Shown here: one piece after another, positions 8,798-16,564 of the stretch
How the letters are laid out: each line of letters starts with the position of its first letter
Position numbering within the stretch: the stretch's first letter is position 1
NCBI GenBank assembly: GCA_037439705.1
Contig: JBBIVP010000001.1
Coordinates: 1-46,662, forward strand
Reading direction: 5' to 3'
DNA: 46,662 nucleotides
Source: a bacterium
GTDB lineage: Bacteria; JBBIVP01
The notes under the pieces: generated by a model
Seen by the model: the letters and a program-made list of their open reading frames with translations, nothing else
The model's database searches: none
What the model was told of the DNA's origin: nothing
Program-made: the position numbers and the translations under genes

Positions 8798-10159
8798 CTA
8801 CTCAACCCTTACACCTATTCCCGCACCTACTGCGCTTCTTTTATAATTATACATCTCCATGTTTGAATTGTCAAGATAAAAGGCATAGGATGCAAAAAGG
8901 TTCAACCATTTGAGAATTTCGTATCCAAGAAGAACCTCAATTCCTATCTCATTGTCAATCCTTCTTTTACCGAATATGCTATCTTTGTGTCTGAAATCCC
9001 TGTATGTATAGGAAGGCTCAATGTGAACCGCAAAATTTTTAAATGGTTCCAGCATCCCTTTGAGGCTCAACCTGTGGGATATGTAATCCCAGTCACTGCC
9101 ACGGGTATTGGAATTTTCAATTGAATAACCTTCATAAAGATTGAACCTTGATGACAGCGTCTGTTGAGAATAGAATTCCATCCCTTCAAACCATCCGCTT
9201 CTTTTCTGTTCTTGAGGAAGTCTTTCGTAATAAGCAGTTTTTGAGATGTAAATGGAACCGCCAAATTCAAGTGAATCAATCCTGTAAGATAAACCTGTCT
9301 TTCCATATCCTCCCTCTGAAAAGGAATTCAGGTCGGTTGATATGAAAGCCCCTGAATATCCTCCCGAGATAAATGGTTTTAAATTCTTTTTGAGATAACC
9401 CGCCTCAATTTGAGCCCTGTGTGTCTGGAAGTTTATGTGATGAAGCCTCTGGTTCAGGTTTTGATAAAAATCGTAAGAGAGCGTTGAATAGAACCCATTA
9501 AATGGTTTTAAAGATATACTCCCCTTAAAATTCCCGAACCACCTGTTATCAAATTTTCTTTCAAAATATCTTGTAAAAAGAGCTCTCAAATTTGGGTCAT
9601 CGGGAAGAAGCCCAGCATTTGAATCGTAATTCCATCCTGATGCGAAATCAATTTTATAGGTAAACCCCCTCTTCTTTTTGAGAAGAAAACCCGCCCTCTC
9701 TCTAACCTCTCTACTCTTCCCCTTCTCAGCAATTTTGAGGTAATACCTTCCTAATTTTTCATCACCGATTTTTAGATATAACCCCCCGAGAAATAACATT
9801 GCATAATCCTTTAATGGATATGGAGCATTCAATGCCTCTTTGAATTCCGAAATCGCCTTTTTATCATCGCCCATATCCATCCAGCACACCCCTCCATAAT
9901 ATGATGCCTCTTCTTTCTTTAACTTCTTCCATTTCTCAATATATGGAATTGCTGACCCGCACATTTTCGCCTTTATTGAGCAGAGGGCTAAATACCTGAA
10001 GGCAGTAGAATCTTCTTTTTCTTTAAGAACCTCCTTCATCTTCTTAATGCACCTGTCGTAGTCTCCTTTGTTGTAATAGGATATACCTATTTCCAGCTCC
10101 TGTGACATAACATTCAACGGAAAGGACAAAAATAAGAATACAATCCAGATTCTATTCAT
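8798..10159 (-). CDS. outer-membrane protein: signal peptide, TPR-like N-domain and C-terminal beta-barrel
   Basis: MNRIWIVFLFLSFPLNVMS signal peptide. TPR-like helices (ISYYNKGDYDRCIKKMKEVL, GLYLKIGDEKLGRYYLKIAEKG). From about aa 165 there are alternating-hydrophobic strands (LSYDFYQNL, IEAGYLKK, TGLSYRI, IEPSYTYRDF, LFASYAFYLDNSN, GAGIGVRVE). Confidence 0.65.
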   Translation of the reverse strand: MNRIWIVFLFLSFPLNVMSQELEIGISYYNKGDYDRCIKKMKEVLKEKEDSTAFRYLALCSIKAKMCGSAIPYIEKWKKLKKEEASYYGGVCWMDMGDDKKAISEFKEALNAPYPLKDYAMLFLGGLYLKIGDEKLGRYYLKIAEKGKSREVRERAGFLLKKKRGFTYKIDFASGWNYDSNAGLLPDDPNLRALFTRYFERKFDNRWFGNFKGSISLKPFNGFYSTLSYDFYQNLNQRLHHINFQTHRAQIEAGYLKKNLKPFISGGYSGAFISTDLNSFSEGGYGKTGLSYRIDSLEFGGSIYISKTAYYERLPQEQKRSGWFEGMEFYSQQTLSSRFNLYEGYSIENSNTRGSDWDYISHRLSLKGMLEPFKNFAVHIEPSYTYRDFRHKDSIFGKRRIDNEIGIEVLLGYEILKWLNLFASYAFYLDNSNMEMYNYKRSAVGAGIGVRVE

Positions 10160-10168
10160 TATTTATGT

Positions 10169-10177
10169 ATTTTAACA
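10169..10177 (-). promoter_or_regulatory. extended -10 element (TGtTAAAAT) for the TPR-barrel operon
   Basis: Minus strand TGTTAAAAT at 10177-10169, 9 nt upstream of the ATG at 10159. No SD in between. Confidence 0.35.
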
Positions 10178-10228
10178 CAGAAAAATAAGAATTCAAGTAA
10201 AAACAAACATGGCCTTAACGCCGAACTG

Positions 10229-10256
10229 TTGCTTTTCTATTTCATGATGGTAAAAT
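10229..10256 (+). promoter_or_regulatory. sigma-70-type promoter for the dksA-like gene (TTGCTT-N16-TAAAAT)
   Basis: TTGCTT at 10229-10234 and TAAAAT at 10251-10256. The ATG at 10263 is only 6 nt downstream and has no SD. Confidence 0.4.
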
Positions 10257-10262
10257 AAAATT

Positions 10263-10643
10263 ATGAATGAGAAAGACCTGAAAGAGATAAAAGAAATCCT
10301 TTTAAATATGAGAAAGAAAATACTTGAGAAAAGGGAGGATGTGCTCCGTGAACTTTCATCTCCAAAAGAGGAAGTTTTTGATGAAGGAGAAAGGGCATTT
10401 ATGGAGGAGAGCGATTTTCTTGAGATGAGGTTCACTTCAAGAGAGGACAGACTTTTGAAAAAGGTTGAGGATGCTTTAAAAAAGATAGAGGAAGGTAAGT
10501 ACGGGATATGTGAGGTATGCGGGGAAGAGATAGATATTAACAGATTAAAAGTCAGACCTGTTACCACTATGTGCATAAAGTGTAAAACTGAGGAGGAAAA
10601 GAAGGAGGAACTGGAAAAAAGGTTCAAGAAAAAAAGGCTTTAA
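10263..10643 (+). CDS. DksA/TraR family C4-type zinc-finger protein
   Basis: 126 aa. A coiled-coil N-terminal part, then GKYGICEVCGEEIDINRLKVRPVTTMCIKCK (CxxC-N17-CxxC). Confidence 0.85.
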   Translation: MNEKDLKEIKEILLNMRKKILEKREDVLRELSSPKEEVFDEGERAFMEESDFLEMRFTSREDRLLKKVEDALKKIEEGKYGICEVCGEEIDINRLKVRPVTTMCIKCKTEEEKKEELEKRFKKKRL

Positions 10644-11332
10644 TCCCTTGCAATAACCCCTGCATAAACCTCTTTAACACCATTTTTTATAAAAATTTTA
10701 GCACAGGCTTCTATGGTTGCTCCTGTTGTCATTATGTCATCAATTATGCAAAGGCTCCTGTAAGGAGGTTTTTTTGTGAGTTCAAAAGCATTTTTAAGAG
10801 CAGAAAATCTTTCGTTTCTGCTCAGGGAGTAGAGGGGAGGGGTATTTTCTGTTCTCACCAGAATATCATAGTCCACCGGGATATTTAAAAAATCAGAAAC
10901 AATTCTGCTTATAATAGCAGAGTGATTGAATCCTCTTTTCTTAAGCCTTTTTTTTGACATTGGAACAGGAACGAGTACATCAGGAGGCACAGGATGTTTG
11001 GAAATTTTCATTGCGACAACATGGCACAGGTTTTTAATTCCGCTTAATCTTTTCATATACTTGAATTCTAAAAGTTTCTTTCTCAACTCTCCCCTGTAAA
11101 GAAAGGCTGGGAAGACCTTTGTGAAATATCTGTTTCTCCTCATACATTCAGAACATAACCATCTTTCATTTCCTTCGCCTCCAAATGGCTTTCCGCATTT
11201 AATACATGATGGAGAATTATAGAGGTATTCGCCCTTTGTGCATATATGAGGTGAGCTTTCTACTGCTTCTCCGCACAGAACGCATATGGATGGCATTATT
11301 GAATTGAAAAAAGTTTTGAGAATCCCTTTCAA
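10640..11332 (-). CDS. comF: ComF family protein (phosphoribosyltransferase-like)
   Basis: N-terminal Cys-rich zinc-finger region (CVLCGE...CIKCGKP...CSECMRR) and PRT motif LCIIDDIMTTGATI. The start is uncertain: the track start 11416 overlaps the upstream gene by 83 nt. Candidates are the TTG at 11330-11332 or the ATG at 11294-11296. Its stop codon overlaps the stop of the convergent dksA-like gene. Confidence 0.75.
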   Translation of the reverse strand: MKGILKTFFNSIMPSICVLCGEAVESSPHICTKGEYLYNSPSCIKCGKPFGGEGNERWLCSECMRRNRYFTKVFPAFLYRGELRKKLLEFKYMKRLSGIKNLCHVVAMKISKHPVPPDVLVPVPMSKKRLKKRGFNHSAIISRIVSDFLNIPVDYDILVRTENTPPLYSLSRNERFSALKNAFELTKKPPYRSLCIIDDIMTTGATIEACAKIFIKNGVKEVYAGVIARD

Positions 11333-11333
11333 C

Positions 11334-12371
11334 TTATTTTCTTGCCGTGATGGATTCTCCAGCCACTTTAAGAAGGGAAAGGACAATGGGCCCAAGGAAT
11401 ATACCGGGGATGCCAAAAATTTTTATTCCGCCAATAATAAAAAGAAACATCCACAAAAATGATACCCTCATTTCTTTTCCTATTATGAGCGGTTTCAGGA
11501 TATTATCTACGGTGCTTACAATGAGTGCACCCCAGAGAAGCTGAATAATTCCCTTGATGATTTCTCCTTTTAAAAAGAGATAACCTGAAACTGGCAGCCA
11601 TACAAGGGCGGTCCCTCCGTAGGGAATTATGGCGCAGATACCAGCAAGAACTCCGAGGATAGCCGGATACGGGATGCGGAGAATAAAAAATCCTATTCCT
11701 GCTAAAATTCCCTGAACAAATGCGGTTGCAAATGTTCCGAAGAAAACCGAAGTGAATGTCTGCCCCAGTCTTTCCCTTATTTCCTTTTTAATCTCCTCAC
11801 TAAGGGGAATGTGCTCAAACACAAATTTCACAATTTTTTCACCGTCTTTTAAGAAAAAGAATATAAACAAAAAGAATATAAAAAATTTAAAAGTTAGGGA
11901 AAATGTCCCTTTGATCAAAGAAAAGGTAAATCCCCAAAATGCCTTTGAAATGTTTTTTATGTAATCAGCCAGTTTCCAGAGAAGTGAGTAAATGAACCTT
12001 TTTCCTTCCTCTGGAAGTGATGGAAGTGCTTCATCCATTTGAGACAAAAAATCTTCTTTTTCTTCAAAATTTTCCCTTACGAAATAATAAAGATTTCGGG
12101 ATTCTTTTATGAGGGTAACAGAAATTGGCATCAAAACCCCGACCATTATGAGGAACACAAAAAGGGTCATCAGAAAGGCAGTAATTCCTTCCCTTCCCTT
12201 TAAAATTTTGAGCAAAAGTTTTCTCAAGGGATTGAGGGAAATTGCAATTGCAACTGCAAAAATGGCTGGAGAATAAAATGGACGGAGGATGAAAAGGGCA
12301 AGAACTGTAATTCCAAATACAAATGTGGCAAGGGTGACAAGGGCTATTATTTCTCTCGGCTCCCTCTTCAT
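11334..12371 (-). CDS. AI-2E family transporter (PerM/UPF0118 permease)
   Basis: 345 aa, polytopic. Typical pattern ...FATAFVQGILAGIGFFILRIPYPAILGVLAGICAIIPYGGTALVWLP... Confidence 0.8.
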   Translation of the reverse strand: MKREPREIIALVTLATFVFGITVLALFILRPFYSPAIFAVAIAISLNPLRKLLLKILKGREGITAFLMTLFVFLIMVGVLMPISVTLIKESRNLYYFVRENFEEKEDFLSQMDEALPSLPEEGKRFIYSLLWKLADYIKNISKAFWGFTFSLIKGTFSLTFKFFIFFLFIFFFLKDGEKIVKFVFEHIPLSEEIKKEIRERLGQTFTSVFFGTFATAFVQGILAGIGFFILRIPYPAILGVLAGICAIIPYGGTALVWLPVSGYLFLKGEIIKGIIQLLWGALIVSTVDNILKPLIIGKEMRVSFLWMFLFIIGGIKIFGIPGIFLGPIVLSLLKVAGESITARK

Positions 12372-12898
12372 TCCACCTGTATGTCTCCAATTATCTTTTC
12401 CTTCTCCATCACTTCTTTCAACATCTCAAGGTCATCTAATTTTTCCACCACAGAAGGGTCAAGGATGATTGCATTTACTGGGTTTCCAAAAGGATTGGCA
12501 TCAATGGTTTTCAACTTTATGCAAATCTCTATTGCTTCCTCTATGCTTTCAGCGAGGATGAGATTTCTTATGTTTTTCCACATTTTGTATTTCTTCCAGA
12601 AATACAGTGGGTCTTTTGTAACAATTATAATGGGTCCCATTATTTCTTTCTCAATTTCCTCCCACACCCTCTTTACTTCATCTATGTCTCTTTTTGTTTC
12701 GGCTTCAATCTTCCCTTCGTTAAAAAGGTAATGGTTCATTATATGTTCTACCTCCTCTTTCATTGAGGCATAAAAACTTTTTTTAAATCTCTTTTCTTCT
12801 GCACGCATTCTTTTTATATTTGTGAAAAACTCATTCAAGGACTTTAAAAGGGCTCTTCTGTGGATTTTTGATAAGGTTTTACTTTCTGACGATGCCAA
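12368..12898 (-). CDS. hypothetical protein (charged helical N-half, alpha/beta-looking C-half); no family recognised
   Basis: 176-aa ORF. The TTG start abuts the stop of the upstream gene, and the first ATG is at aa 31. It overlaps the AI-2E gene in an ATGA arrangement. Confidence 0.5.
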   Translation of the reverse strand: MASSESKTLSKIHRRALLKSLNEFFTNIKRMRAEEKRFKKSFYASMKEEVEHIMNHYLFNEGKIEAETKRDIDEVKRVWEEIEKEIMGPIIIVTKDPLYFWKKYKMWKNIRNLILAESIEEAIEICIKLKTIDANPFGNPVNAIILDPSVVEKLDDLEMLKEVMEKEKIIGDIQVE

Positions 12899-13168
12899 TT
12901 ATTCCTGGATTATCTTATAAACCTTATCCTTCGGTCTGACCTTTTCTTTCACTTTTATTCCAATTTTGTCTCCTTTTTTCGCCACCTCTACATTCTGTTT
13001 TTCAATCTGCATAGATTCTACAATCTGTTCAAAGTCGGTTGTTGCCCCTTTTATGTGAATTTTATCTCCAACCTTTAGCTCCCCACCTGTTATTTGAACT
13101 GCTGCAACTCCGATTTTTGAGAAAAACCCATCTACTACCCCTACCTCCTCTTTTTTGATTTCTACCAT
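12899..13168 (-). CDS. small stand-alone beta-barrel protein resembling translation-factor domain 2 (EF-Tu/IF2 domain II-like)
   Basis: 89 aa. Pattern GVVDGFFSKIGVAAVQITGGELKVGDKIHIKG....EQIVESMQIEKQNVEVAKKGDKIGIKV. Strong SD GGAGGTG 4 nt upstream of the ATG. Confidence 0.6.
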   Translation of the reverse strand: MVEIKKEEVGVVDGFFSKIGVAAVQITGGELKVGDKIHIKGATTDFEQIVESMQIEKQNVEVAKKGDKIGIKVKEKVRPKDKVYKIIQE

Positions 13169-13189
13169 ATTGCACCTCCTTTTGTTTAT

Positions 13190-13218
13190 ATTATAAAAGA
13201 AAATCAGGAAGAAAGCAA
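13190..13218 (-). promoter_or_regulatory. sigma-70-type promoter for the 13168..10640 operon (TTGCTT-N17-TATAAT)
   Basis: On the minus strand, TTGCTT at 13218-13213, a 17-nt spacer, and TATAAT at 13195-13190. A 21-nt leader contains GGAGGTG. Confidence 0.5.
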
Positions 13219-13691
13219 CAAGACGGCGTTCCTCAAAAATAATCTCTATGAAAAGGGATTATTTCCTCAAAATAATTGAAATAAGGGCAACCATCCCTTA
13301 CTCTAAAGAAAAAAAATTGAAAGGAGATGAGCAAGGTTGCCACAATACCAAAAGGAGTATACACAATGAGGGGTAAAATAGCAATCATTTGTATAAGTTA
13401 TATATTATGCGACATTTTATGATTTTGAATGAGAAAATTTAAGGGGCTTTTTGAACAAGGGATTTGTTTTACCACCCTTTCACTCCTTAATGTCGCGCAT
13501 ATCTTAACTTTTCCAAAAAATAAAAAAATTTTCTGGTATAAATTGTACCATTTCTTACCTATTTCTGGTTTGAAAGAGATACTTTTGGGTTTTTTAATCC
13601 GGTGGCATTTATAATTTTTTTCTCCTAACAATGTCCGTGTTGTCTTACTCAAATAAGTTGATTAAATTTTTTTTGTAAATATTATAAATTT

Positions 13692-15011
13692 GTGAAGAAA
13701 GTAAATTTTATAGACAACCTCTGGAAGAGATTAAGCTCAGTAAAGCTTGCTATCTGGCTCTTCATAATAATCGCCTGTATATCCATGGTCGGAACATTTC
13801 TCGTTCAAAATCTTCCTCCTGAACAATACATAAGGCTCTTCGGGATGGTGGGCTACAAAATAATGGATTTTCTCGGATTCTTTGCCCTCTATCATTCTTT
13901 CTGGTTCAGATTTCTACTCCTTAACTTTGCCAACAACCAGATTCTGTGTTCAATTGAAAGGTTGCCATCTCTCATAAATTTCTTTAAAACCCATACCTCA
14001 ATAAAAGACCCATCCGGTTTTAAAAACTTCTCACTTTATTTTGAATATAAGACCGATAAACCCGTTGAAACAATTAAGAGAAGAGTTGAAGAGGTATTAA
14101 AAAATAACGGATTCAAAATCTATTCTACAGAAAAATTCTTTTATGGAAGAAAGGGAGCAATTTCAAGGGTCGGACCTTACATAACCCACCTCGGAATTCT
14201 CGTGATATTTATTGGTGCCTTTATAGGCTCCCTTTTCGGTTTCAGAGCAAGGGTAAACCTTCCTGAAGGAGAATCAACAAATATGATTTATGAAGCAAAA
14301 ACCTTAACCCCCATTCCACTTGGTTTTGTAATAAAATGCGTTGACTTCAAACTTGAAAAATATCCTGATAGCGATGTGCCGAAGGAATACATAAGCGAAC
14401 TGGAAATATATGAAGGCGGAAAACTCGTTCTAAAAAAGAAAATAGAGGTCAACCATCCCCTTTCCTACAGGGGAATGAGGTTCTATCAGGCATCTTACGG
14501 AACTTATGGATTAAAAGAAATAATCCTCACCCTTAAAAAAGAAAATAGAACTTTTGAGGTTTCCTTCACAAGTGATGAAGAAAAACAGGTTGATGGTCTC
14601 GCGATCAAGGTGGAAAAATTTTTTGAAAACTATATTAATCTCGGCCCCGCAGTTATATTGTCTATCACGGAGGGAGAAAATAAAAAATTAATCCCTGTTT
14701 TTCAGGACAAAAGGATGGGAGATATTCACAAAGGAATTTCGGAACTGGATATAGAGATAAAGGGTCTTGAACCTCTGTACTACACAGGACTGGAGGTGAC
14801 AAAAGACCCCGGGGTGAATATAGTCTGGGCTGGCTGTATCATCGGAATCATCGGTATGATTATTGCCTTTTATGTTACGGTAAGAAAAATTTATATCTCA
14901 GTATTTGAAAAAGATGGGAAAAGCCTGATTATGATTGGAGGAAGTGTCCTGAAGGGGAAAAACCTGGATTTTGTAGAAGAGATTTATAAACAGTTAAAAG
15001 GAGGTATTTGA
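13692..15011 (+). CDS. resB: cytochrome c biogenesis protein ResB/Ccs1 (system II)
   Basis: 439 aa. GTG start. N-terminal LSSVKLAIWLFIIIACISMVGTF, a large soluble loop and a C-terminal TM; adjacent to ccsA. Confidence 0.8.
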   Translation: MKKVNFIDNLWKRLSSVKLAIWLFIIIACISMVGTFLVQNLPPEQYIRLFGMVGYKIMDFLGFFALYHSFWFRFLLLNFANNQILCSIERLPSLINFFKTHTSIKDPSGFKNFSLYFEYKTDKPVETIKRRVEEVLKNNGFKIYSTEKFFYGRKGAISRVGPYITHLGILVIFIGAFIGSLFGFRARVNLPEGESTNMIYEAKTLTPIPLGFVIKCVDFKLEKYPDSDVPKEYISELEIYEGGKLVLKKKIEVNHPLSYRGMRFYQASYGTYGLKEIILTLKKENRTFEVSFTSDEEKQVDGLAIKVEKFFENYINLGPAVILSITEGENKKLIPVFQDKRMGDIHKGISELDIEIKGLEPLYYTGLEVTKDPGVNIVWAGCIIGIIGMIIAFYVTVRKIYISVFEKDGKSLIMIGGSVLKGKNLDFVEEIYKQLKGGI

Positions 15012-15012
15012 T

Positions 15013-15834
15013 ATGAAGAGCCTATTGTTTTTTGATAGAAGTTTATATCCGATTTATATCGCTTTCCTTTTCTTTCTTTTGAACTTTATATTGCGTAAGA
15101 GAGCATTGAACTTAATAGGAATAGTTTTTACATGGATTTCTTTTCTCATGATAACCACAGGTTTCGGATTTAGATGGATTGAAGGAATTAAGGTTGGAAA
15201 CAAGTATTTTCCTGTTACAAATCTATACGAATCCCTTATTTTTATGGTATGGGCAATTGAAGCAATTCTTCTTTTCTTCAAGCATTCAAAATTTAAAACA
15301 GAGGTAGTTGATTTTATAACTCTCATTATATGTATAGGAATAATGCTCTGGAGTTCAACCCTTGAAAAGGAAGTAAAACCATTAATACCTGCTCTTCAGA
15401 GCAACTGGCTTAGCGTCCATGTAATAACGAGTTTCATAGGGTATGCTGCCTTTGCAGTTGGTTTTTCAGCAAGCATAATTCATATTTTAAAAGTCAAAAA
15501 ACCAAATCTCCTTTCCCAGATTGAAACTGAACTTTTTGATACAATAAACTATAAAGCGGTTGCCTTTGGTTTCATAATGCTCACCCTCGGAATTGTTACG
15601 GGTGCTGCGTGGGCAAATTATGCATGGGGTTCATACTGGTCATGGGATCCAAAGGAGACATGGTCTCTCATCACATGGCTCATTTACGGAGTATTCCTTC
15701 ACGGAAGACTGATAGTAGGATGGAAAGGAGTAAAGACATCTATCATTTCAATAATTGGATTTCTTGCTACCCTTTTCACATACCTCGGTGTAAACCTCCT
15801 TCTTTCAGGACTTCACTCATACGGAGGTTTGTGA
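15013..15834 (+). CDS. ccsA: cytochrome c-type biogenesis protein CcsA/ResC (haem-handling, W-rich motif)
   Basis: 273 aa. WGSYWSWDPKETWSLITWLIY motif. SD AAAGGAGGT. Confidence 0.9.
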   Translation: MKSLLFFDRSLYPIYIAFLFFLLNFILRKRALNLIGIVFTWISFLMITTGFGFRWIEGIKVGNKYFPVTNLYESLIFMVWAIEAILLFFKHSKFKTEVVDFITLIICIGIMLWSSTLEKEVKPLIPALQSNWLSVHVITSFIGYAAFAVGFSASIIHILKVKKPNLLSQIETELFDTINYKAVAFGFIMLTLGIVTGAAWANYAWGSYWSWDPKETWSLITWLIYGVFLHGRLIVGWKGVKTSIISIIGFLATLFTYLGVNLLLSGLHSYGGL

Positions 15835-15922
15835 TACCTCCAATAAGGTTTCTGGTTTTAAAACGTAAGAAAAACTTGTCCATTACTTTGAATTATTCCT
15901 CTTTTTATGCCATCTTTTTATT

Positions 15923-16564
15923 ATGAAAGAGAAGGTAAAAAGATGGAGAAATCTAATAGATAGAATTGATGAGAAAATAGTTAGCCTTTTAAATAAAAGA
16001 ATTTGTTATGCAAAGAAATTATCTTCCTACAAAAAAAATCCATACGACCCATTCAGGGAAAGAGAAATAATTGAAAAAATGAAAAAAGAAAAATTTCTTC
16101 CTGTTTTCAGGGAAATAATTTCTGTCTGCAGGGGCGCTGAAGGAAAGTTTAAAATTTTTATATCCGATGAAAAACTCCATCCATTTATCGTTAAAAGTTT
16201 CTTCGGAGAGAGTATTGAATATGAGGTCCTGAAGGAAAAAAAACTTCTTGAAAGAGCGGAATTAGAAAATGGTTTTGTATTTATGGATTTTAAAATGAAA
16301 AATCTCTTGACCCTCAAAAAAAATGGGATGAAAATTTTATGGCTTGGAAGCATGAAGATAGATGGGAAGAAAAAGAAATTTTTTCTTGCCGGCAAGGATT
16401 TGAACATGGAAATTTTAAAATTTCCTGCTTCAATTATGAGCATAAGAAAGGAAAAAGGCAAGTATATTTTTTCTGAAAGAGTAATAAAAAATCCAGAGGA
16501 AATTAAAAATTTAAAAGGTGAGGAAATTCTTGGAATATATCCTCAGGAGGAAGAATATGATTGA
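15923..16564 (+). CDS. chorismate mutase (AroQ-type N-domain) fused to an unrecognised ~130-aa C-terminal domain
   Basis: The N-terminus RWRNLIDRIDEKIVSLLNKRICYAKKLSSYK....DPFREREIIEKM is typical of AroQ chorismate mutase. The remainder lacks prephenate dehydratase signatures. Confidence 0.65.
   Translation: MKEKVKRWRNLIDRIDEKIVSLLNKRICYAKKLSSYKKNPYDPFREREIIEKMKKEKFLPVFREIISVCRGAEGKFKIFISDEKLHPFIVKSFFGESIEYEVLKEKKLLERAELENGFVFMDFKMKNLLTLKKNGMKILWLGSMKIDGKKKKFFLAGKDLNMEILKFPASIMSIRKEKGKYIFSERVIKNPEEIKNLKGEEILGIYPQEEEYD

Noticed and set aside
8782-8805. N-terminal extension MSRKKEEI of the FecR-domain ORF, which would overlap the upstream gene by 8 nt
   Set aside because: The extension starts at a TTG and itself contains the GGAGG that serves the ATG at 8781. 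The ATG-initiated form starts directly with a signal peptide.
10193-10627. 144-aa Ser/Phe-rich ORF antisense to the dksA-like gene
   Set aside because: It is the mirror image of a purine-rich (GAA/AAG/GAG) coding strand. It is low-complexity, has no RBS, and is fully contained in a gene with clear family motifs. The same explanation applies to the other long antisense ORFs in the track, for example 17614..18078, 23514..24029, 41364..41762 and 42021..42365.
12064-12390. 108-aa Cys/His-rich ORF overlapping the 5' part of the AI-2E transporter gene in another frame
   Set aside because: It is nested out of frame in a gene with a coherent polytopic membrane profile. It has no RBS, and its composition is an artefact of the overlapping frame.
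13398-13652. 84-aa ORF (and the overlapping 61-aa ORF on the other strand) inside the long AT-rich spacer
   Set aside because: No SD, a composition typical of random AT-rich sequence, and no recognisable motif. More likely non-coding.
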